Source: Chara braunii (Eukaryota; Plantae; Charophyceae). Taken from it: a stretch of 64,000 nt of DNA. Position 1 is the first letter of the stretch. Each line of letters opens with the position of its first letter. Below the pieces are notes generated by a model. That model saw only the letters and a program-made list of their open reading frames with translations. It searched no databases and was not told the DNA's origin. A program made the position numbers and the translations under genes. Below, in pieces: positions 36,541 to 47,288 of the stretch. The stretch lies in contig BFEA01000003.1 in NCBI GenBank assembly GCA_003427395.1, positions 9,647,271-9,711,270 on the forward strand. The letters run 5' to 3'.

Positions 36541-38340
36541 GAGCTACAGTGTGTGTAGTCTAAACTAGAACCCAGACTGGATCCTACCTCAGCATGACAC
36601 ACAAACGATTAATGTTTGACTCTAAACTTCGGTAAGCCTAAGAAGTAGTCAAGTGGTAACCAGCAATCAATGCCAGGTCCTACAAGAAATACTAAATCTA
36701 TTTTTAGATTACTCTGAAACAGATTGCATGCAACAAGGATTACTATCTATCTGCAGTTGTTTGTTAGTTGTCTGTCAAGTCCGTAACAACTAAATAATAA
36801 AAAATAAGTATAATATTTCCTGCAGAAATGTATGCTAGATGGTGGTTTATCTGATTAATGCCTCAGCGAACAGTTACCGAAATCCAACCCTCCCCCTGTA
36901 TCCCTCTTGAGTAGTCACTTTGTGTTGATGTCCTAAGCATCTGGTTGAGCCGTGTGTCTGAAGGTGTGCAATCCGGCCCACCCTTGTGCCCCAAGTCTAC
37001 ACCGAACCTGCCAGCCCCTGCACCTTATTTATCCTCGCATGCAACGAGCCTTAAACCCGGTTTGATCTGGCTGATCAAGAGGCAGTTTTAAGGACAGCCC
37101 CAAGGTCCTCATGAATTATTTAAGGTCGCAGACAGGACGACGATCACAGCCAGAATCAACACCGAGTCCCCGCCAGAAATATTTAAAGACGGTTTGGTAA
37201 GCGTCTGTCCAAAGGGCTGGCATGCCCTGCATGACCTCTATTGCGCAGCAGCAAAACCAAGGACTTGCGGCAAAGCATGCGTGTACTAGTCCCAGCGGGT
37301 TGGCATGGTGACTATGACCCGAGTGCTTCATCCAGGGCCCTTCAGAGGCTTCGCGCGTCTCCCACCGGCTTGCTGCCCAGGAAGAATGTCGACTCTCAAG
37401 GTTGAGCGCTCACGACACCTCACATTGAGAGGACTCTCAAGCCAGAACTCACTTCTCACGGAAAGAAGCAATGAAGAGGGTAGATAAGGAAGAGAGCAAC
37501 GTACCTCATAATGCTGCCCCCAACCACAAATTTCTCACCGGCAACCTGATGTGCATTTATGATGACCGGTCTTTGCCTCGGCACAACCAACAGCAGAATG
37601 CAGTTCCATCTCGGCTTAAATGCCACATCAGCGAGCTCTCATCATCCAGCGTTCACCCCTAATGTCACCACATAGCTTCCCGGCGCGCCCACACGACCCT
37701 GGGCCGCCTTCTATTCAACGCCCAAGCCTTATCACTGCACCACACCTCATGCGAAGCACCGAACAACTATGGCGAAGAACCAATGAAGCGCAGTTCAAAC
37801 CGACTCCAATACCAAATTGCAAGGTAAATGAGCAGTAGCGAGATGATAATAACCAGAATGCACAATCACATTGAAGGCCAGATAGTATCGCAGTGTCCGG
37901 AAAGCAGAAATGCACCAATATAACACCAATGAAGATTCGTAACACTGAAAACCAATGTCAATGAGAGCTAGCTCTCGCCACCACCAACATGAGTGTCCAG
38001 GCCCTATCTTCCTACTTGGCGCTTGGCGCCCAGCCTACTTCCTACACAGCTATAATCTGCCTGCTAATTGACAATGCAACTGTTGACGCCAGCAGCTCAC
38101 GAAGTACTTGAAGATGTCGCCCAAATGCAGACCATTGCCAATACCAGGTATGTACCCTCACATCATCATCATCATCATCGTTCTCTCCCTCCCCTGACTT
38201 ACTCCCACGTCTTGCCCCTGTACACCCGAAGACCAGTCCAAGCCCATCCAGCTATGGAGGCTGGGCTATGGCGCTGCCCTCAGCAGCGCCCTGCTCCCTG
38301 CTCCCTGCATGACCGCACGCGCTAGCACCTTGCCTCTCAG

Positions 38341-38478
38341 TGCCAGCAGCAGCCCACGAGCGTCCGCTCCAGCAGCGTTGCCGCCAGCATGCAAGTGCTG
38401 AACGAGGCTCCAGGCAGCAAGCTCTTTCCTATATGGAAAGAGCCTGCCTGCCTTCGGAGCCTGGCCCAGAAGCTTCCG
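38341..38478 (+). CDS. Candidate upstream exon of the Sel1-repeat gene
   Basis: Pyrimidine-rich ctctcag acceptor, open frame with QALSYMERAC, and a phase-1 donor G|GTAGG compatible with the phase-1 acceptor at 41738. Speculative. Confidence 0.35.
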
Positions 38479-39460
38479 GTAGGCCCCAGGATGCTGCACC
38501 TCTGTTGCAGCTACTGGGCCTCATTCGGTTGGGCCTCCCAATTGTCTGTGTATGAGCCTGCGATTCTCGTCCAGGGCCTGCATCATTTTGGAAAGGCCTG
38601 GAAGGCCGTGGAATGTCTCTCTGCTCGGCCTGTGTTTCCCTCAACCAACTGGCGCGACGAAAACTGCCTGGACCCCAAATACGATATTGACAGCTTAGGG
38701 CCTCTCGTGATTTGTTAGGCCCGCCTTCACTTAGGGCGGGCGCATCTGCTGCAAGAGGCCCCTTAGGCCTGCTGAGGACCCAGATCCTCGCATTTTTTTC
38801 TAAATTCACGAAAGTGGACTTGGTCAAAATGTCATTGCTCATTGAGTGAGAAAGTGGTTATCTCACTTTGTCCATCTGATGTACCTCAACGTAAAGTACC
38901 GAGATCAGATCATCGGATGAGTTACCACAACACCCGATGATCTGATCATCTGATGTCATGGGAACAAAAAAACACTTAAAAATGCTGTTTTTTGGTCAAC
39001 TGGTTGTTCTCCTGCCTCAAGTGGACTAGCAGACTGCTCGGCTGCATCCCCAAGGCCCCATGCGGCGCCATCCTCCTCTCCCTTACTCGTGTTAGCTGTC
39101 TCTTCCTTCCTTTCTCTTTTCCTCCTGATTTGGTCTCAGAACATACTCGGTCAACAATATTTCTTCTATAAGAACAAGTGGACCCGCCGCCCCCCCACAG
39201 ATTGGAGAAGAGGTAGAGGCTCCGTGGTCAAGGTGGGCCGAGTAAAAGGAGGAAAACAGGAAGAGACGACTGGCGCCCAAAAGCAGCATCAGCAGGATAT
39301 AGTTGTTAGACACACAGTCACACAAAGCAGTTTGCAGGCAAATATCAGCATTCCATTTTCTGCACAACCAAGTCATCAAAGTCTTCAGCCCGCTATAAGC
39401 TGAAGCGGGCAAGGGAACAAGAATGGGAAAACAAGCCCTCTCCACTGCTCATGAAGATGA

Positions 39461-39516
39461 TAGAAGTCAATTAGAAGTCAATTGGAAGTCAATTAGACGT
39501 CAATTAGAAGTCAATC
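39461..39516. repeat. 11-bp tandem repeat (TAGAAGTCAAT) x5
   Basis: Directly visible. Confidence 0.85.
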
Positions 39517-40320
39517 AGTAACCATATATTGAGTAGCCTGAATGTCAAGGTAGCTTATCTCCTGCTCGCCAGGTAAAGAAGTCCCCTGGGTCACACTTGA
39601 ACTTCCGGAGGTCCTCTTGCACAAATGCCCTTCACCCTTCTCAACTTCACCTCCTTGCCCCAGCACACTGCTCCCCTCTTCTCACCAATCCTAATCCACC
39701 TCTGAGCCCTAATCCGAGGTAGAAAACACTCGAATACCTCTCCGAATTAGGCAGGGCAGTCCGGAAGTCACTCGGCACCTTAATACCTCTTGCCAAGCCC
39801 TGATCCGATGTATATAGTACCCAACACCTGTCGGATTAGGGCTGAAGTGGTAGCAAAGAAACTCGCCACCTTAATCGAACCTCACCAGGCCGCCTAATTA
39901 TCTCCGCATTAGGTTTAGGGCTGCTTGAGCACCTAACTCCAGCAAGTAACGTCTAGCTCCGGTACCAATTGTCATGCGTCCTACTGCATCCATAATGCAA
40001 AACTCAAATGTGAAAAAGTGCAAGGCTTCCTGAACTCAAAAGAAGAAGTGGAGGTCATTCGGGATATCTGTTAAAATTGAAATGATACGGAGAAGATTAG
40101 CATGGCCCCTGCGTAATGAAAAATTAAAAAAAAGCGTAAAAGAAAAGAAGTGGAGAGAGAAAAAAGAGCGGCATAGAATGAGGAGAATAGAAGAAGAAGT
40201 ACACAAAATGAAACAAATGTCTTCCTGGTCTCTTCGTCACCCTCACTTCTTCTCTCCCTTCCTCGTCCTCCTCACATAATGAACTAATTAGTAATTAGTG
40301 ATTACGAGAATTTACGACAC

Positions 40321-40775
40321 TAAATGAATGAATGAACGGGAACCATGTCCAAGTATTCCCCCTTACTGCCAGCACTGAAAGAGCTCTCCTTTCAGCCCCA
40401 ACCTCACTCCTCTCCTCTCGGTTGCATCTCTGGCTATGGTGCTCATCCACATTCATCATGGACGTTCAAAGGACAACGCAAACATTACTATGCCTCTCCC
40501 ATCCCAGCCCGCCATAGCCACACTCTCGGATGTGGTCTAAGGCCAGCCAGTACCCACACGGCGGCCTTCTACATGCAGCACCAACCAGCGAAATGGAGAT
40601 AAAGGTCCACACATAGCTCAAGGTGAGTGCCCCGGGTTGGTTCCTCTCTCTCCCCCTCTCCCCCTCTCCCCCTCTCCCATGCTTCCCCTCTCAACCTCCA
40701 CATCCTTCTTCTGCCCTTTTCCGTAGCCTGACATGAGGCACTTCACCCTCCGACTCCATAGCCTAGGCCTACACC

Positions 40776-40812
<37 letters not shown>

Positions 40813-41050
40813 AACTACTACTACATAGCCATGGAGGTCTTTTTCCTCACCTTCAAGCTGCACTAGCTCCACCTAACTTCCCCCTCTGGGTGGAGCAGCA
40901 GCTTGACTGCCGGGTAATGTGTTCCCTCACTCATTGTGGCTGAATGGTATCCTCTTGCAACTCAGCCTCCGGCCTCCCTCGGTCATAGGCCTACTGAAGT
41001 TCCTGCCTTTTGGCGGGAGCATCATTGCAGGTACAACCCTGACTACTCAT
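40321..41050 (-). mobile_element. Decayed LINE-like 3' fragment with (TTCA)n tail, copy 1
   Basis: Diverged repeat of 42764-43467 ending in ATGAATGAATGAA on the plus strand; contains a (TAC)n expansion at 40777-40824. Confidence 0.55.
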
Positions 41051-41738
41051 GACCTGTTTGGAAGCTACCGAATCCTTCTAAGCCTACTAGACCTCAGCTG
41101 GGCCTATCCAAAATCCCCTACTGTGCACTACCCAAGTTCTACTTACATCCTGTCGGTCCTGGTCTTTTTACCAGTTCATCCTGCATCCTATGTGAGTCCT
41201 ATCCCTCTGGTTCCCCTATTTCTTAACTACTACCTCTTCCTGCGACAAAGAAAACATACGGCGAGAAGTTGAGAACGTAGTACTCCGCATGCCCATCATA
41301 ATCACTCACTCAAGGACTTAGGTGCATGCATGCATGCAAGCAGCAATCTCACTCTGAACATGGAAGTCCAACAGAGCTGGCTGTTGAAAGTTGAAACAGG
41401 AACCTCATTAATTATGCCGCTGTAATGGCGACTGTGTGTTGACCCCAGTGCACTGTATTGTGAATGATGGCCTTGTTGAGCAGGATGCTGCATTGGTGGC
41501 GATTCAGTTGGCTGTTCGTCCAAGCTTCAGAGTTTGAAATGAACTTTTGTATTGAGAGGAGGACGCTCTGCCTGCACGTGAATGGCATCCTTGTTGAGCA
41601 GTGGTACCCCGTGGTGGGTGCAGCCTTCAGTTCAAGCTTTACAGTTTCGAAATCAGCTGTCACATAAACGAGGAGCATGGCCTGCCTGCGTGCTTTACTG
41701 AGAACCGTTGCACGCTAGGAATGCATGGAACTGTGCAG

Positions 41739-41854
41739 AGATGGCGAGTGCAGCAAGACAGGAGCCGGCAGCGCTGGCATGTGCCCAGTTCTGCCTCGCA
41801 CAAGCATATGAGAAGGGGAGAGGCGTCACAAAAGATACAAGGAAAGCTGCAGAG
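41739..41854 (+). CDS. Exon of Sel1-repeat (SLR/TPR-like) protein gene
   Basis: MASAARQEPAALACAQFCLAQAYEKGRGVTKDTRKAAE followed by donor GAG|GTAATC (phase 0). Not in the ORF track. Confidence 0.8.
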
Positions 41855-42763
41855 GTAATCACTATACGGTAACCAAATTAGGCCAAGCTGTTATGTAACA
41901 TTGGGGGGTTTTATGCATACTGATATACGCAACCCTTGTCTGAGCTATTTTCACATGGGTTCCCAACTTCCCAACCTCTCTTTTTTTTTGTGTGCGCGCC
42001 GTGGGGTCGTTTTAGGGGAGGGGACAGGGTGTCATCATGAAAGATAGCGAGAAAGTTGCAGAGTCATTCTTTGAGGGTGTCAAAAAGGGATATCGAGAAA
42101 GCTGCAGCGGAGTTATTTAGCCAAGTTGTTGTATGAGTCTCCGTTGCATGTGTATGGATGTTTATCCACGTCTCAGTTATATCCGCAATTTTGCAACCGA
42201 TTTCCTGTCTGCTTTTGTTTTTCTTTTGAATTTGGACCATTTCTCAATTTATGTGCGTCATCGTTGGGCCGGGGCTATGTTGAACCTCTCTGTATCGTCT
42301 CCAATTTAACGGATGCCCTGATAACTCTTCTGTGATTTTAGTTTTTCTTTATTATGTTCTTGAAAATGACATGAAACTTCAAAAGCATAGAAATTATCAT
42401 CGGGGCAATGTCGACAATAAAATAACCCAAAAGAGAAGAATGTTAAGTGTGTGAAATGACTTGGGTCATTTTTTAGGCCGTGAAATTCAGGGCCTCCCGA
42501 ATGGGTCAGACGAGTCAGATCCTTTGGAGGGGGCGGGGATGGCCCAGGGGCTAGACACCTCCCGAACGTTTATGAAGGTGACAGTGTACCGCAGTATTTG
42601 CTTGGTAGAATTGATTGATGTTTTCCTCTGTATGTTTCTTTTCATGAAAAAGAAAAACAATGTGCGTGTGTGTGAGAATTAGACGATGAGTCACTGACCC
42701 TCTATGTCATGCGGGCAAAGCCGCACTGGCCCATCTTGTAGTCAATTACGTAACAACAACAAC

Positions 42764-43467
42764 TGAATGAATGAACAGGAATCATGTCCGCGTAATCCCC
42801 CTTATTGCCAGCACTCAAAGAACCCTCCTTTCGGCCATAACCCCCCACTTCTCTCTCCTTGTTGCAACTAGCACGATCGGGAACATCCATGCTCATCACA
42901 GATGTTCAAAGGTCAATGCAATCTCTACTATGCCTCCTCCATCGCTTTTTCCACCATAGTCATGCTCTCGGTTGAAGTTTAAGACCAACTGGAACTCACA
43001 CGCCTTCTAGATGCAGCGCCAAGGAAGTGAAGATGAAGGGTCAACCATAGCCGTAGGTAAGTCTCTCTTGCCGGTTCCTTTGTCTCCCCCATTCCTCAAC
43101 CTCTTTGCCCATCTCTCACTCTTCTCCGTAGCCTGGCATGGGCCACTTCACCCTCTACCTCCATAGCCAAGGCGTACTCCCTCTTACTACTACACCTCCA
43201 TAGCCAGGGAGGTCTTCTTCTCCACCCTCCAGCTCCACTGCTCAGCAGGAGCTCTGCCTAACTTCACCCTCTGGGCGGAGCAGCAGCATGTCTGCCCAGT
43301 AAGATATCGCTTCACTCCTTTTACCAACGATATACCCTTGTAACTCGGTCTCACATCTTTTCACTTAGCTTGTGGCACCGCCACTCCTCCGGGGTACTAG
43401 GCCCTACTGGTAGTTCCAGCCTTTTGGTATGGGAACATCATTGTAGCCTGCAAGTCTACCTACTTCA
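42764..43467 (-). mobile_element. Decayed LINE-like 3' fragment with (TTCA)n tail, copy 2
   Basis: Aligns to 40321-41050; the minus strand has a CI*KA(R)CE remnant resembling the L1 W.IW..R motif. Confidence 0.55.
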
Positions 43468-43846
43468 GGGCCTGAATCTAACCTGCCTGATATCCAGGTT
43501 CGGGCTCGCTGCATCTCGAAGGCCCCGAAGTGGGTTCCGGTTGGTCTTGGACTTCAAAACCAAGAGCATGGCTTTGGGCAGCAGCTTTCAACATGGTCGT
43601 CATTATTTTGAAAACTTGTGGACACAAATTTGACACTGTTTTGGACATATATCATATGAGAACATTTTTGGAATTCTTCTGGACACGTGTTTGCAAAACT
43701 TTTGCACAGTTTTGACACTGTTTTGGAGAGCATTTGGGTGCATTTGTTCTTTCCTTTTTCGGAACGTTGAATGATTGAACATCGTGTTTTGGGGGGGTTG
43801 TTTTTTTTTTCCGGCATTTCCTCCATGAACGCACACTTTTCTGCAG

Positions 43847-44278
43847 TTGTACCTGATGGCAGCTGACGAGGGTCACTATGGAGCGATGCACAATGCTGCA
43901 AGGTGCTATGCTACCGGAAAGGGGCTAGTAAAAGATCAGACTGAAGCAGTGATAAGGTACGCTGTTGCAGCATCTGACGGAAATCCTGCATCACAGTTTG
44001 CATTGGCAGAAATGTATGCATCTGAACGGAATCAGAAGGCGGCAGAGGAAACATACCGAGCAGCAGCAGAGCAGGGTCATCCTGAGGCTCAGCTTCGGCT
44101 GGCTGATTTGATTGGCCTCGGGCACTTGGAAGACTCCAGAGCGTGGCTGGAAGGACGGATATTCCGAACTCAAGGACCTGATTTTGCGCTTGAACATCGG
44201 GCGTTTCTCAACTGGATCAGCAGATGGAAGGTCCAAAGTCAAAAGGAGTACGAGGAGGTGACGACGTTACTGCACAAG
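43847..44278 (+). CDS. Exon of Sel1-repeat protein gene
   Basis: Acceptor ttttctgcag|; LYLMAADEGHYGAMHNAARCYATGKGLVKDQTEA...SQFALAEMY...AAEQGHPEAQLRLA; donor AAG|GTCAGT (phase 0). Confidence 0.85.
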
Positions 44279-44659
44279 GTCAGTGTTCTGCATTGCGAAC
44301 CACATGCACACATCACAAAGTGGAACAACAATGTGTATTTGGCTTTCGCCGCTTTACTATAACAGCGAACTTAGAGAATACAATTCAATACATATATCAA
44401 GATAGCATCGCAATACGTGAAACCATCACCATTCTGCCTATTGCTGCGCAAGTGATTGAGAACCACATGCGGCTCAGCAGGTATTGCAAAGGAATAGGCG
44501 GATTGGTGCACTGCAACTATGTCTCAGTGTGACTCTCTCTGATATTTTTCATCGAAGGACTGGACAACAATGAAAAGTCATATTCGGCGAAGTTACTCAG
44601 AGAGTACTTTCCTTGGTCTGCCAGCCCACTACCTTATCCGCTTATTCATTCAACCAGCC

Positions 44660-44850
44660 ATCCATCCATCCATTTATCCATCCATCCATCCATTTATCCA
44701 TCCATCCACCTATATCCATTCATACTTGCATCTGCCGGCTCATCCAGGCATCAATCCATCCATCCACCCACCCGCTCATCCACAAACCCACCCACCCACC
44801 CACTAATCGGCTCAGATACCCTTACACTTCCTTTTTCATTCTCTGCCCCT

Positions 44851-44940
<90 letters not shown>
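44660..44940. repeat. (ATCC)n-like tract and (CT)n microsatellite
   Basis: Directly visible. Confidence 0.9.
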
Positions 44941-44943
<3 letters not shown>

Positions 44944-45248
44944 AATGTTTAGGGTATAGGGTTGGCGCCCCCAGTGGCGATCTGGCTAACACGAAGACCG
45001 AGAGTCCGAGACCTGCCAGGGGCCTCGTCCCACCTGCACCACCGTTGAGTTGAGCTACCTCCACGGTGTGACAGCTTTTCAAGCATTTTTTTATTCCGTA
45101 GAAAAGAAGAATGCATCTTTTTTTATTTTTTATTTTTCCCGCCCACACATTTCTTTGGAATTTTCGTCTTCTTTCCCGTGTAGCAAATCGATCCATGTCA
45201 CTTGCCACATTAGGAAAGTCGACAGGTCTTTTTCCATCTTTCCATCTT

Positions 45249-45252
<4 letters not shown>

Positions 45253-45329
<77 letters not shown>

Positions 45330-45800
45330 GGGGTGGAATGAGGATTGGGATGGGGGTGGGGATGGGTAGGGATCAAATCGGAATCGGGCTGGAACCGGGG
45401 TGGGCGCGAGATGGGATCGAGTCAGGGTTGGGATGGAAGCGGGGTAGGGCTCAAATTGGGGTGGGGGAACAAGTCGAGATGGGATCGGGGATGGGAAACA
45501 AATTGGGGTGGGGCGAGGGTTGGGATAGGGATGGGATCGGGGATGGGAAACAAATTGGGGTGGGGCGAGGATTGGGATAGGGATGGGATCGGGGTGGGGA
45601 TCAGCTCGGGATTGGGATGGAACTGGGGTGTGCCCAGGGTGGGATCGATTGAGATGGAGCCAAAGTGGGGATTGAGTCGGGATTGGGATGGAACCGGGGC
45701 GGAACGGATCGGGATTGGGATGGAACCGGGGTGGGAGCGAATCGGGAGCAAATCGGGATCGGGGTTGGGGTGGGAACGGATCGGGATTGGGATGGCGGGA
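45253..45800. repeat. (CT)n microsatellite followed by degenerate GGGAT/GGGGT minisatellite
   Basis: Directly visible. Confidence 0.9.
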
Positions 45801-45810
45801 TCAAACTAAT

Positions 45811-46982
45811 TGTAACGATCCTGGCTTCTGGTGTTGACAGAGGGGGCAAGTGGTTTTGAAGGGATTAGAATAGGAGACATAGATCAGACCATGAGGCGGG
45901 CGAGGAGACTTGGCGAAGAAAAGTCGTGACGAGAGGGAGGGGAGTAGAAAAGAAAGACAACGAAAAGATTTGGGGGACAATATCGTAGCGTGGAGCTGTG
46001 AGTGGTGAAGCAGAAGCGGGAGATGGTTTAGAAGCGACGCGCCGTTCTCACTCTACTCTTGCTTGGAGGCATGCGGATAGAGTTTGAAAGTGGCAGGCTT
46101 ACTGCCCTTGTCTTCTTCCGTGATCGTTCTTGAAGGCCGAAATGTTCCTTCTCTCTCGAGCTCTAGTCCCCGATCAGGCGCTCCCAGAATTGTTTTTCAT
46201 AACCAGCATCGAGTGGCCGGCTTGACTACGCCCACGAGGTGTATCCCCGCTGCCCTGCTATGCAAACCAGCCAGTCGGGCTATGGCTGCTTGAGGGAGAT
46301 GTCTTCACTTCGGAGGGCGAACGTCGCCTCGGAGGAATCCGCTTGACTTCTTCCCTTCTTCGTGACGAGCTTCCTTGTCTCCCTTCTCCTTGTCTCGTCT
46401 TTCCTTGGTCGGGTGCTGCTAACTTTTCCCCTTATGTTCCTCACTTCCTATCTCCTCTCTCATCCTTTCCCCTTTTCCACCTGTCTTTCCTACCCTTATC
46501 CGTGCATAGCCACGCCCGAAGGCGTGGCGGACAGCTACGGATGCCTTCCTTCACCTATCCTCTCAACCTCGAGCTACCCACATGGAGATGGCGCGCGCGT
46601 GAAAAAGCGCGCGAAGTGAAGTGTGCTGGTTTGAAATTACGCGCCTTGCGGACGCGGCAGCTAGCGCAAGAGAGGCGCTTACCGAGCGGCGCTAGCGCAA
46701 GTTTTTCCGGCCTGGACTTTCTTCTTCTAAGTCCATCCGCCATCCAAATTTCCATCCCACCCCTGTAACTTCACCTACTGGCTGTTCTACCCCTCACGGG
46801 ACTCAGAAACACAGCACAAGAACAGAGTTAGCACACAGACATACACTCTGAAGCGTGAGATAGACTCTCCCACACACACAGCAAAACAGACAGGCTTGGA
46901 AATCTGAGCAAATCAGGCGCGCAGACAGCTTTTCTCAAAAACAATGCGGAAATCTCAGACTGCAACTGTGTGGGTCATTGCA
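45811..46982. mobile_element. Possible solo LTR in a Sel1-gene intron
   Basis: TGTAA...TTGCA termini and ~1.2 kb length like the other LTRs here. No TSD seen. Confidence 0.35.
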
Positions 46983-47288
46983 TTGCCCAGAATAGAAAGA
47001 AGCCGGGACCACAAGACCCTGTCAAGAAAGGAAAGGAAAAGACAAAAAGTATCACTTGCACCTTTCTTAGGGTTTGGAACCACGAGGTGCAATTTCATGG
47101 GACTCCTGCGCCGGTGCCCCAAAAATAAGTTGCTTCTGCCTCAGGTGATGATTCTGTGTTTGCAACAGATATTCATTCATTGGGTACGACTGTGTGCAAA
47201 ATTGGCATCAGAGCTTGAATTTGGGAGATGTTGCTGATTTTTGCCCTTGTGTCTCTCTGTTCAAATGCATGGATGTGTATCATATCAG

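Larger units (their letters stand above)
22082..37100 (-). mobile_element. Ty3/Gypsy chromovirus B, no LTRs recognised, split by element C (5' boundary approximate)
   Basis: gag 36540-34607; PR/RT/RH 34600-32527; INT/chromodomain 23613-22082. Removing C restores DNKVADALSRRADY. Confidence 0.9.

Noticed and set aside
39461-39516. Short repeats as a CRISPR array
   Set aside because: Head-to-tail 11-mers without spacers; eukaryotic context and no cas genes.
44613-45859. Numerous ORFs (poly-LS/RE, G/W-rich, P/I-rich)
   Set aside because: Translations of microsatellite and minisatellite DNA.
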